Shown here piece by piece: positions 13,067 through 25,909 of a stretch of 64,000 nt of DNA. Positions within the stretch are counted from its first letter, which is position 1. Each line of letters begins with the position of its first letter. The DNA lies in contig CAXHJY010000551.1 of the NCBI GenBank assembly GCA_964016885.1, positions 62,001-126,000 of the forward strand. Reading direction: 5' to 3'. Made by a program: the position numbers and the translations under genes. Origin of the DNA: Eledone cirrhosa. Lineage: Eukaryota. The notes under the pieces were generated by a model. It was not told where the DNA came from, searched no databases, and worked only from the letters and a program-made list of their open reading frames with translations.

Positions 13067-13122
13067 ACTGCTATATATATTTCGATGATAGCCATTGAAT
13101 GGCTATGACCTCATCAGGCAGT
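13067..13122 (-). ncRNA. Type I hammerhead motif (family C, in a TA-flanked insert 13021-13192)
   Basis: Minus strand: actgc-CTGATGA-ggtcatagcca ttcaa tggctatcatc-GAAA-tatata-TA-gcagt. Perfect 5-bp stem I, long stem II, palindromic stem III. Confidence 0.8.
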
Positions 13123-13190
13123 TAGTCAGTTCTTAGATAGGCCAGCTCTGTGTGTATAGTGTTGATGGTATAGAGCCATGGGACATATCT

Positions 13191-13236
<46 letters not shown>

Positions 13237-13720
13237 AGATGAATAAATTGGGTATAATACCACTTTCTTACCAAATCAGAAGAAGCTCGATATATTAACC
13301 CCTTAGGAAAGGGCACGGAACATCATTTTTTTTAAATCATACATATAGAGTGGCGATGGAACTGGAGGGTGGGGTGGGGGGTGGGAGGAATGCCCCCTCC
13401 AATAATTATATTTTCTCGCCAAACTACCAAAAACACATTATTTGGATATGCCCGCCGAGGTTAACTTTGCCTTTCTTCCTTACGGGGTCGATAAAATAAA
13501 GTACCAGTAATGTACTGGATAATTGCTGGCCTTGTGCCAAAAGTAGAAGCAATTAATTGGATATACGTTACAATTAATGTGCATGTTACGTTTATCGGAT
13601 ATCGAAGATCTTTCTGATCATTTTAGAGTGCAAAGAGGTAAAACTAATCACTACAACTAAAGTGTCCAAATTTGCCTCTCCCCCTCCTCTCGCGCTAAGT
13701 CAGAAATGTTTCAACCACCC

Positions 13721-13797
<77 letters not shown>

Positions 13798-14348
13798 GCA
13801 CGCACCAGGCAAACACACAAAATATGCATAGCTATATTATAACGATATTTACAACAATTCTTTGTGTTACTTTTAATTTCTTGTGATAATAGTCCATTAA
13901 ATAGCGTTAACAATCTCTTTGACCGAAAATGAACTAATCATACCCATCATAGTTTATAATATACGTGTGGGTGAGCGACTGTGTATGTGTATATGTGAGG
14001 TTACATGAATATGCATATGTGAGGTTATACGAATATGTAAGTATGTGTATGTCTTGCTTTTCTTTTTATATCTGTATATCTGTGTAAGACAGGGATTATT
14101 CCAGATACACTGTTTGTTGGTGACTGGAGAATAACATTTTGACTTCCGAATAAACAGCAATACAATAAAGACATACCCATATACATATGCATATATTCAT
14201 ATTATACAAAAATGTATTCTATATGTCTAGAACAGTTTCATTCGTATGAAACCATCATAAATATTATTTCCTTATCCGGTTCGAGATAGCAGCCTTATCT
14301 GTCTACTTATCTATCTATCGCCCTCCCCTCTCTCTTTCTCTCCCTCTC

Positions 14349-14385
<37 letters not shown>

Positions 14386-14523
14386 GTAAGAATATTTTCG
14401 AAACAGCGAGCGAGTTTGAAATTATATCGCCGTATTTTGACTAAAGAAATTAAAGAAATTATTTAGCCTGATAGTGGGGTTAAGAACCCTCGGAGAAATG
14501 GAAAAAGATGAGTATTGACGTAC

Positions 14524-14577
<54 letters not shown>

Positions 14578-15372
14578 TAGAAGCAATTGCCGTATTTTTG
14601 GACTGAAGAAAATTTAGCCTGATAGTGAGGTTTCAAAGCCTCTAAGAAATGTTGTAACTGGGTAATATTTTATCATTACCCAACACACACATATACATAT
14701 ATATAGCTATACTTATATACTTATATATATACATTCACACACATACACAAAAAAGAACACCTACACAGACGTCCAATCAAAACATGAAATTTCAGACAAG
14801 TTTCAAACAAATTCAACCAAAATACAGCGAAAGACATCCCACTTCCAACGCCACCGTCCAGAGACCACCACCACCACTACCACCACCACAACAGCTACAA
14901 CAACAACTATACTAACAAAAAGAAAGGTGGCTTACACAATCAAAGTATCAGTTCCGTAATCAAGAACTTGATAGTTTTCAAGTTTACAACAAATTCATAC
15001 TACAAGTAGGTGTGAGGTGAAGGGTGAAACATGTTAGTGTGTACGTTTATGTTTGAATAACTGTTTGTTTGTTTATGTGTTTGTGTGTGTATTGGTGATA
15101 TCGTATGAAAGAGGGAACGAAAGGGTGAGAGGCGTAGAGAGGCGTAGAGTGGCCTAGAGAGAGAGAGACTAGAGAGTGAGAAAGAGAGGATGAGAGGAAC
15201 AAAGAGAAGCAGAGAGAGAAAGATTGGAGAGAGTGAGAAAGAGAAGGAAGAAGAGAGAGAGAAGCATAGAGAACGAGAAGGAGAGAGAGAGAGAGAGAGA
15301 GAGAGAGTGAGAGAGAGACAGAGCGAGCGAGGGAAGTGGAGATACAGCCGGTTACACGATATATAAAACAAA

Positions 15373-15570
15373 TAATTGTTTCAAACATCAGTGCATACCC
15401 AGTAATTGTGGAGGAGGGAAAAGTCAATTAAATCGACCCTGGATTTATTTTGTAGACCCCTAAACATACAAAGATGTCCTCGGCGGGATTTGAACTTAGA
15501 CTGTAGAAAGTCGTATACTTAACTGCCGCAGAGGACATTGTCTAATGCTCCACCGATACTGCCAATTCAA
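15373..15570 (-). mobile_element. SINE, main family, diverged
   Basis: cctcggcgggatttgaactt...ccgatactgccaat. Confidence 0.75.
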
Positions 15571-15611
15571 AACACTATCCTATTCCAAACACACACACGC
15601 ACTTAGGTATG

Positions 15612-15699
<88 letters not shown>

Positions 15700-15928
15700 G
15701 ATGGACTATGTGTGTGTGCGTGTGTGTGTATACTTATACATTCGTATATACATCAATATATACACAATTATATACATATAGACGTACACGTATGTGTTTG
15801 CATGTGTGGATACATATAAATATATATACTTTATACATATAAATATATATACTCCAATATATGAAAAAACAGGTCGCAAGCGACAACTGGGAAGTTGTGT
15901 ATAAAATGAAATAGAATCAATACATGTG

Positions 15929-15969
<41 letters not shown>

Positions 15970-16024
15970 ATATATACTCCAATGTGTGTGTTTGTGATAT
16001 AAATAAATAAATAAGTATTCTTAC

Positions 16025-16152
16025 CTGGTGAGGTAAACCGATGTCAAAATGGCAGCTATGGCAGGCGGTGAAGTGCTGCTGCTATAACATTGCTGTGGGC
16101 CAGCCAACATAGTATCATGGCACGATACGGCTCTCAGGTGAATCTGGTGGAG
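16025..16152 (-). other. Candidate isolated host-gene exon (128 nt)
   Basis: Minus strand: acceptor tccttgcctctttacAG, donor cag|GTAAGA. GC-balanced non-repetitive sequence with one open frame, LHQIHLRAVSCHDTMLAGPQQCYSSSTSPPAIAAILTSVYLT. No protein recognised. Confidence 0.4.
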
Positions 16153-16424
16153 CTGTAAAGAGGCAAGGACCAGGGTAACCAACCTGGTGATTTACGATAT
16201 TTGCTAATTTTTTTTAATTTTTTTTCTCGGTGTTGCCAATATTGCAGCAGGAATTTTACCCACTATAACGATGAGGAGTAAAACAACAATGAAATCTTCG
16301 TGTAATAATGCTTTCTTTATTAACCAACCAGGGATGACACAAAGAAAACATTAAAAACGATGTTTGACGGCACAGGACAAAACAAAGTTAGAATTTGGGA
16401 AGAAATATGGTAACATAAAAATAT

Positions 16425-16650
16425 TGGTCTCTTATATAGGCACAAGGCTAGCAATTTTTTTTTTTTGGGGGGGTGAGAGAGTCGATTAAATCAACCCAGT
16501 GCATGACTGGTACTTTATTTTATCGGCACCGTAAGGATGAAAAGCAAAGTGAACCTCGGCAGGATTTGAACACAGATCATAAAGGGACGTAACTCTATGC
16601 GTCAAAGCATGGCGTCCAACCCTCTACCGATACTGCCAATCCACCGCCCT
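16425..16650 (-). mobile_element. SINE, main family, full length
   Basis: Homologous to 3360-3579. Confidence 0.85.
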
Positions 16651-16689
16651 TGGTAATATATAAATAATAACTAGTAAACAATTCAATCA

Positions 16690-17280
16690 AAAGAAAATTC
16701 GCAAATAGGGGGAGATTTTCTTGAGTCACTCGTAGAGAAAGCCCACAGAAAGCCACGGTCACCTTGACCACTAGGTCAGGTATCCCCTCCAAGTTGTCCC
16801 CCAACAATCTATAGGTGACGTTCACTCGGACGATATTTGCCACCCTCATTCACCTATCGGCACACATGCTGGACAGCAAAGAGTTCCCCCTCCATATTGA
16901 TTTTCTTGTTCAAGTAAAACTTGAAGAAGACAATAAGGGCTTAGTCAAAGAGAAAAGTGCTTGTCCTGAACCCTTTCAAGTGTGTACCCTACACATCTTC
17001 TATCGCCATGGCCACCAGGAATATAAAAAGACCACCAACTAACTATCGGGGTCCTGGAAGATTGTACGTATCGTAAGATATTATCCTTTTCCGAAACCAC
17101 ACAGCGACTCCACCTATCAACCTCGGAGAATCTGGCGATGCATACTCCTCATAGCTGCCGAAAATGTGTGTAATGAAAAAGTTTCGCGCCTCGGAACTTA
17201 TGGTCGTGCTGATGGCTAGCTCATCTATATTCAGTGACCTGAAGTTACTGAGCATAGGTTCTTGCTTCAAAGACAGCAAG
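16690..17280 (-). mobile_element. Old L1/Tx1 3' fragment
   Basis: Degenerate homology to the ORF2 C-terminus (MRVANIVRVN vs VKVARMARVN) plus a 3' UTR shared with 23770-24010 and 24730-24965. Confidence 0.7.
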
Positions 17281-18189
17281 CCACTTCCATTAACAATGCC
17301 TATCTTGAGAAGGAAAAGTGAGAAGGACCGCTTACATTATTAATGTAGAGAAATGACGGTTGATTCCTCAATTCCGGCAACGTGTGGACATTTCTACAAG
17401 AAAACCGCTTTATAATCTTTTGTTTACCGAACCTCGGAAATCTCCGATTCCATCGGGGTTTGTTCACTTTAGGTTGGTGTATTGATTTCTAAATTAAACA
17501 CAATGCTGGTAAAGGAAAGTCGATTATATCGAAACCAATAACGGTCTGGTACATTATATTATTGACATCAGAGGCAAAGTTGACCTAGGCGGGATTTGAA
17601 GTTAGAAGGTAGAAAGCGGTGGAACAATTGGCGTAAAACATTTATTTATTTATTGATATGTTTACATTAAGTAAATGAGTAAGATCTATGATAACAGTAA
17701 AGGTGCATTGATAAATATATGTATTGAGCCGTATATCATGAGGGAGTAATACGGTTGCCGTCCTAACATACATTACATTTTAAATCTGGCAGAGCCCACC
17801 ACTCTCCGGCTCTTAACACAGATAATTCCTCACAAAGAGAGAGTGGGGAGAATAAGAGTGAAAGTGAGAAAGGGATGTAGAGAATAATCGACCCTCATAT
17901 TTGACTGTTACACATCGAAAGGATGAACAGCAAAGTTCATTGTGTAGGTATATGAAATCAGGGCCGAGAGGACTGGTCTAGAGAAATGTGGGTGCTCAAG
18001 CCCAGAAACATCTGTAAAAAAGGCGGCTGCTATAATCAGCTATAGCTAAAAGTACCCGAAAGCACCGCGTAAGGATTAGCGTCCGAAATATTAAGAACCT
18101 CCTCCTGCTATTTCAAGCGTTAACCTAATATATTCCTTCCATATACTGTACCTAGCGTGTTATTTCTGTTTACCTTTTACACACATACA

Positions 18190-18225
<36 letters not shown>

Positions 18226-18229
<4 letters not shown>

Positions 18230-18966
18230 TAAAAAGGAAAAGAAAATGCTGACAGGTTTTTTCCAGTGAAAAATAGTTTAATTAGGAATAAGTATAAATT
18301 AGTAATAAGTAATTGTTTCTACTTTTTGGCACAAGGCCAGCAATCACCCAGTACATTACTGGTACTTTATTTTATTAGTAATAAGTAATGGTTAGTATTC
18401 AGTGTTACGTTTAAGTTTTTTACCGGTTGCGCATTTCAAATGCTTTTCAAAAATAATTTTGAGATAGAGCGTTCGTGATTTCGTTGGTTGTTGAATGTCA
18501 CGTGAATAAGCACTATATAATTTTGATTGGTCGGTAGAAGTCACGTGAATGTTCAATAATAGAAGAGGTGAAATGATGTATAGTATGGTCATAACACTAA
18601 GGTGTGTGTGAGTGTGTCCAGATTGTACGTACTGCAAGGGAATCGATTAGGCCCTGCCGTATGGGATACTTGTGGATAGAAATGTATGTAGGTATGTATG
18701 TGGACGTGTGTATTCTTTTATTATTGAATATTCACGTGACTTCTACCGACCAATCAAAATTATAGTGCTTATTCACGTGACATTCAATAACCAACCTAAT
18801 CACGAACGCTCTATCTCATAATTATTTTTGAAAAGCATTTGAAATGTGCAAGCGGTAAAAAACTTAAAACTAACACTAATAATAACCATTACTTATAACT
18901 AATTTATACTTATTCCTAATTAAATTATTTTTCACTGGAAAAAATCTGTCAGCATGTTTACTAATA
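18226..18966. mobile_element. Long-TIR fold-back/MITE-like DNA element in TA
   Basis: Arms ~18226-18567 and ~18713-18966 are reverse complements around a ~145 nt spacer. They are symmetric to the ends (ttagtaaa...tttactaa) and no hammerhead core was seen. The left arm carries a SINE fragment. Confidence 0.85.
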
Positions 18967-18989
18967 TATCACAACTCGTGTGTCACACC

Positions 18990-19020
<31 letters not shown>

Positions 19021-19021
<1 letters not shown>

Positions 19022-19843
19022 GTAATAATAATAAATTTGAAAACTAAAATCCAAAGAGGGCTCGCTAAGGATAAATATATATCAAATATATAAGAACCGT
19101 AGAGCGAATATTTATTAAAATAACAGATTAAAGTTTAAGCAAAGAATCGCTGCTTTCACCCTTAACGGGATCTTCTGAAACTAACAAAGTCAATCTGTAA
19201 ACGCAGAACTGGATATTTAAAAAAACATTGCAACCGGAGGAAGACAGGAAGACGATACTTTGGTTCGTGGTGACGTTCGCTGGCAAAGAACGGGAAAAAA
19301 CGAATAATACGTCATTAATAGGAGCGGTGAAAAACAATTACGCGCAAAGACAGGACCACGTTTATGGTATAAAAGAGGTCGTAGACTAATGTTCTCTTAG
19401 GTGGTTCATAGAGACGTTCTCTGGCAATGAACGAAAAAAAACGAAGATAATACGTCATAAGTGGAGCGTGGAGAACAATTGCAAGCAAAGACATATGACA
19501 TATTATCTTCGTTATTTTCGTTCATTGCCAGAGAACGTCTCTATGAACCACCTAAGAGAATATTAGTCTACGACTTCTTTTATACCATAAACATGGTTCT
19601 GTCTTTGCGCGTAATTGTTTTTCACCGCTCCTATTAATGACGTATTATTCGTTTTTTCCCGTTCTTTGCAAGGGAACGTTTCCACGAACCAAAGTATCGT
19701 CTTCCTGTCTTCCTCCGGTTGCAACGTTTTTTGAAATATCCACTTCTGCGTTTACAGGTTGCCTTTGTTAGTTTCAGAAGATCCTGTTAAGGGTGAAAGC
19801 AGCGATTCTTTGCTTAAACTTTAATCTGTTATTTTAATAAATA
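19021..19843. mobile_element. Family A fold-back element in (TA)n
   Basis: ~19495-19843 is the reverse complement of ~19107-19459, with an unpaired ~87 nt tail (19021-19106). Confidence 0.92.
19771..19819 (+). ncRNA. Variant type I hammerhead motif (family A); mirror copy 19133-19181 (-)
   Basis: gttt-CAGAAGA-tcc(c/t) gttaa gggt-GAAA-gca gcgattctt tgc-TT-aaac. All three stems form; the core has U4->A. Confidence 0.6.
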
Positions 19844-19857
19844 TATATATATATATA

Positions 19858-20028
19858 TAACGAAGGAGTTGTGGTAAGGAACCAGATGAACCATAACGCA
19901 CCAGAGTATTCAATACTTAGGGTAGTAGAGTGGGTAATAGGAAAATGTATGACCCCGACGGCAGAGCTCAAGCCGTTATAGCCGTCGAAACGGCTTGAGC
20001 TCTGCCGTCGGGGTCATACATTTTCCTA
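19858..20028. mobile_element. Family F short fold-back element in (TA)n
   Basis: 40-bp arms 19938-19977 / 19989-20028 plus an 80-nt tail. Contains the 3' half of a hammerhead (GAAA-cggc...gccg-TC-gggg). Confidence 0.88.
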
Positions 20029-20197
20029 CATATATATATATATATATCAGTTAAAAACAAAAAATAAAAACAATAACGAAGTGTGCAGTACAAACAGTGT
20101 TAGTATTAGGTTCAGGCTTGAGTGTGGGTGGGGTGGGTGTTGTGGGGGTGGGGACTGCTTTTTTGAGTGAGGGGTGGGGGACTTCTTTTGTGAGTGG

Positions 20198-20250
<53 letters not shown>

Positions 20251-20589
20251 AGTGTGTGTGTGTGTGTGCGTGTGTGTGTGTTTACAGGACAAAGCATGCA
20301 TGCATGGTCCTGTAATTCTAGATGGAGTTCTAGTGACACACTGAGTTTCTAGTGCATTTTAAGCCTGACGGAGTCCAAACCAGGACAACAAATAATTGTT
20401 TCTACTTTAGGCACAAGGCCAGCAATTACCCAGTGCATTACTGTTACAAGTGTGCAGTACAAACAGTGTTAGTATTAGGTTCACGCTTGAGGACAACAAA
20501 TAATGTGGTGTAAAAGAAACTGAATACCTGACGGCATGATAGGTGATGCTGGACCAGAGGTATGTATGTATGTATGTATGTATGTATGT

Positions 20590-21035
20590 TCTTCTGGTTT
20601 TATAATTTCACAAAGTTTTACCAATAGAGAGAGAGTCGGTTTCTAACATTAACACAAGACTCTCTCATTGGAATTTACACAACATCAACTAGGTAGATAT
20701 GTATGTATGCATGCATGTTTAGATATGGATATTATTGTATGTGTGGATGTGTATGTTTTGAGTTGTATGTGTGCATGTGTATATGCTTTGCATCTGTACA
20801 TGTGTATATGCAGTTATTAGATGCACAATTTTTGGAATGTTTTACATATTTTTACTGTTCCATTAATGGATTGTACTTGTAATTTCCTAACTAGTTGTGT
20901 TCTTCCTGGTCCTGTGAAGCCTAGCTTCTCAAGATTTTGTATTGAGGCAGTTACTAACATACCCCAGTGCCCCAATAATCACAGGCATAAATCTGAAGGT
21001 GTAATCAGGGTGGAGTATCTGCAGATTTCTCATCA
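20590..21035 (-). mobile_element. 3' end of a second R4/Dong-like family
   Basis: Minus strand reads MRNLQILHPDYTFRFMPVIIG...LEKLGF...KLQVQSINGTVKICKTF (with frameshifts), homologous to MRSLQIQYPRYTFSFIPIIIG...AGTFKI.KTF at ~53015-53215. Its 3' UTR ends in (CATA)n. Confidence 0.75.
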
Positions 21036-21178
21036 TGTATGTATGTGTGTATGGTATGTATGTATATATGTATGTATGTATATATCTTTGTATGTGTGTA
21101 TGAATGCATGTATTCGTTTATGTTTGTATGTATGTATGCATATATTCATGCATGTGTGTATGCATGTATGAATGCATG

Positions 21179-21228
<50 letters not shown>

Positions 21229-21232
<4 letters not shown>

Positions 21233-21395
21233 AAAATGTTTGACCCTGACAGCCGAGCTCCAGAGCTCAAGCCGTTTCGACGGCTATTTCTGTCCCGTCC
21301 GGGTCAAACATTTTCCTATTACCCACTCTACTACCCTAAGTATTGAGTACACTGGTGCGTTATGGTCCATCTGGTTCCTTACCACACCTCCTTCG

Positions 21396-21398
<3 letters not shown>
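21229..21398. mobile_element. Family F element, opposite orientation
   Basis: Same tail (attacccactctactaccctaagtattgag...ccttcgtta) and hairpin; TA flanks. Confidence 0.85.
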
Positions 21399-21446
<48 letters not shown>

Positions 21447-21451
<5 letters not shown>

Positions 21452-21850
21452 GAGTTAAACAAGATTCAATGAGTACATCAAAGAATGGGTTTTACAGTAA
21501 ATTGGAAGCACTCAACAGGAAAAATATTTTCCAGAGTTATTAATATTAAAGTACAAATATTAATAAAATAGATGTTCTTTTGATCAATTAAATTTTATTA
21601 TACGTATTTCAGAGGTACAACAGTACGTCCTCATCAGACAAAATATAATGATACATGACATACCCTGAGATGTTAAATGGTTAAGATTTAATCAAGGTAG
21701 GCTACCTTGATTAAATCTTAACATCTCAGGGTATGTCATGTATCATTATATTTTGTCTGATGAGGACATACTGTTGTACCTCTGAAATACGTATAATAAA
21801 ATTTAATTGATCAAAAGAACATCTATTTTATTAATATTTGTATTTTAATA
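21447..21850. mobile_element. Family G fold-back element in (TA)n
   Basis: Palindrome centred on 21701 (ggtag g ctacc), arms ~150 bp, unpaired ~95 nt tail on the left. Confidence 0.92.
21751..21801 (+). ncRNA. Type I hammerhead motif (family G); mirror copy 21593-21643 (-)
   Basis: ttttgt-CTGATGA-ggac(a/g)tac tgtt gtacctct-GAAA-tacgta-TA-ataaaa. Confidence 0.75.
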
Positions 21851-22090
21851 TATATATATATATATATATTTAGGTATGCATGTATAAATATGTATGCATG
21901 TATGTATATGTTTATATGTATGTATGCGTGTATGTATGCATGTATGTTTACGTAATTAATTAAATACAAGTCCGAACAGTTGCTTCTGTACGAATGTTGC
22001 TTTTCTTTCAGAGACGTAACTATGACCATCATCACTATTACACTATAATGACTGCCCCACCGCCTCACGATCCGATATCGACATCAATAA

Positions 22091-22133
<43 letters not shown>

Positions 22134-22315
22134 GCTGTTGCTACTACTACTTCCACCACTAACACCACAACTACTACTACTACTAGTACTGCTACTACTA
22201 CCACCACCACTACTACTAATAATAATAATAATACTACGACCACCAGTACTACTACTACTACTACTGCTACTACCACCACCACCACCACCACTACTACTAC
22301 TGCCACCACCACCAA

Positions 22316-22374
<59 letters not shown>

Positions 22375-22385
22375 TTACCACCAAC

Positions 22386-22433
<48 letters not shown>

Positions 22434-22459
22434 GCCACCACCACAAACAGCACCACTAT

Positions 22460-22511
<52 letters not shown>

Positions 22512-23119
22512 GTTGCTGCTGCTGCCCCCCCCCCCCCCCCACTACTACTACTACTACTACTGCCACCACCACTATTACCACCACCACCACCACCACCACC
22601 ACCACCACCACCACCACCACCACCACCACCACCACTACTACTACTATTACTGCTACTACTACTACTACGACGACGACGACGACGGAGAACAATGCTGATT
22701 ACGTGATTAGAATTTAGATAGTTCTGTGTTCGTTTCGATCCAGGAAACATAAAGTGTTGGTGGGGTGGTTAGTGTGAGCATACACACATAGACATGTGCA
22801 CACACACATTATACATACATACACACAACATACATACAAATATACATACACACATACGTACGTATATACGTGCATACATATATACATACATACATACGTG
22901 CATACATATATACATACATACACACAACATATATACATATATACATACGTGCATACATATATACACACATACACACAACATATATACATATATACATACA
23001 TGCATACATATATACATACATACATACATACATACGTACGTATATACATACATAACATACATATATACATAGAAATTATAGCAGATAAATAGACAAACAA
23101 ACAGACAGACATGCAAATG

Positions 23120-23176
<57 letters not shown>

Positions 23177-23769
23177 CATACATCTCTTTGTGTGTGTGTG
23201 ATTAGTGTTTGTTTTTAATTTTTGTTGTTCGTTACTTTTTTAGGAAATACACTGACATCGAAACAATAAACCACACACACGAACGCACACACATGCACAC
23301 ACACACACACACACAAACACACGCACACATGCACAAATAAACACACACAGACGTAACAACCCTCATCCCCCACATATACACATACGCCTATACACAGAAG
23401 CACACCCTGTGTCACGTGCATGCAGCCATATTCACTGACATCCATTCATATGCGGAAACTATCTTGTATAAAAGAGGAAACTTATAAATATTGTATAACG
23501 ACCTTATAAGGCAGTTCTGCTCCCCACCTTCATACTATCTTCATAATCATTATCATCATCATCATATTCAACATCATTATCATCACCATCAACGTCTTCC
23601 ATATCAACGCTACCCCCACCACTAATACCATAATTATCATGAATGTGAACTATTCACAATCATAATGTGGTTTCCCATATATATTGGCATTCCTTTTTTC
23701 ATTTATTTCATCATATTCTATTCTGTATCGATTGCGTTATATAATATAATATATTTATTATATAGGAAG

Positions 23770-24965
23770 ACAATTGAGAGAGGGCATTTGCCCTAGCGGT
23801 CAAGGATGCCATGGCTTTTTGTGGTCTTTCTCCACTAGCAACCCTAGTAGGCAACTCCAATTTGGGGGAATTTATATGCTTGATTTTTTAAATGCTTATT
23901 GTTTTAGTCTGTTGTAAACCTTTCTTTCACACAAAACACTCCCACACTGTACCGTCCTGAACCGCCTTTATCATTCTCGTAATGTAAGCCCTATGTGACT
24001 AATAAATAGACTATTTTAAGGGTTAAGTGGAAAACAAGCGGAAGGCTACAAGCTTGAAGGCTATAATGTCTTCAAACGCTCACTGCCCTAATACAATTGG
24101 GCACTACAATCCGTGGAAACCCCACCTTCGCGTTCTGTAGAGGGTTGGTGATGGGTAAAAACGACGACGTTCTTGGGAAAACAATTAGCCATTCTCGTCC
24201 GCAGGATTTTCGGTCAAGGGCCTATGGATAACTCCTAGAAATTCCTAGCCTGGCAGTGCTACCGGGGAACGTTGCCGGTCTGAAATAAATTATACAGGCA
24301 TGGAAGTGCCACCAGCTGGGCATATCCGAGACGTGCGCAGGGCGACGAAACCGTCCAGTGTCAAAGTATCGCTGGCTTGTGGATTTATCCCGAACACCTG
24401 CTATCAAGTATAGGATGGATCCAACTTTCAACTGAGTCCATCGTTATAATCGCCCTAGTGCTCTTCCTTAGCAAGGAAGAGCAGACTGTTTTTGTCTGTG
24501 TGGTGGCCATGGCAAAAGAGGTCGTACATAGACGCGTCAGAAAGGCCTGAAAAGGAGTTCTTACCCCTTCGCTAACCCCTTGATTAACTTCTTCAGGTTT
24601 CACTTCAAGAGGCATATTAGAGTGGAGAGGTAACGCTGCCTTCAAAACAATTTCTTGAACTGTGGGTAAAAGAGGCGGGAGTGGTCTGAGTGAATGCGCC
24701 TACTCTGAACGTGTGTTTGTAAATTGAGAGAGGACACCTGAGGAAGGCAATTGCCCTGGCGTTTAGGGTGACAGTGGCTTTTGTGGGCTTTTTCCACGAG
24801 TAATCCTTGAAAGTCTTCCCCTATTGGGGAATTTTCTTTTGTTTCTATTTTTTGTTACATCCTTTGTTTTTATTTTATACTAATTTTTACTGGAAGAAAC
24901 CCATATTGTACGGTCCTGTGCTGTCCTTATGTATTTTTTGTAAACCCTTTGTGGTAAAAAATGAA
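23770..24965 (+). mobile_element. Old L1/Tx1 3' fragments (a 3' UTR piece, then ORF2 C-terminus + 3' UTR)
   Basis: ~24431-24550 translates TESIVII...EQTVFVCVVAMAKEVV, matching TESIVMIK...EAVFLCVIAMAKEVV of the intact ORF2. Confidence 0.75.
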
Positions 24966-25007
24966 AACATTATTATTATCATCATCATTATCATCATCAT
25001 TATCAAC

Positions 25008-25072
<65 letters not shown>

Positions 25073-25105
25073 CAGCAGCAGCAGCGGCAGCAGCAACAGT
25101 AGCAA

Positions 25106-25141
<36 letters not shown>

Positions 25142-25666
25142 CAGTAGTAATGATGGTGATGGTATCAACAACTCTCTAATGGTATCTGCAACACATCACA
25201 CGTGACAGTATAACACCTATACAGCACCAATAACATAGCAAATATCAATAACATGACAAACAACAATATCATACAATAACAATTACATGAATAATAAAGG
25301 AAATATTATTGTAATATATCTCAATAAGAAAAACACAACAACACCAATAAAAATGGCCAACAAGAGCAACAGGTATCAAAACCAAAAAGTAAAAAAAAAA
25401 AAATGAGACAGGTAATTCTAGGAGCTATTAAATTAAGATCGAATCATAGAAAACCTCATATACGCCCCTTGCATCTTAAGATACTGACCTATTTCTTTTA
25501 GTTCTAAGACAAGATGAGTGGAAACTATTAAAATAGATACTAAGAGGGGTTATTATCACATCCAAACCATTACATCTAACACACCGAGAACGTAAATGAA
25601 TCACCACACACAAATATATATACACACACACATATATATATATACATACATACATACATACATACA

Positions 25667-25700
<34 letters not shown>

Positions 25701-25744
25701 CATACATACATACATACATATATATATATATATATCTACATATA

Positions 25745-25817
<73 letters not shown>

Positions 25818-25829
25818 GTGTGTAATTAC

Positions 25830-25909
<80 letters not shown>

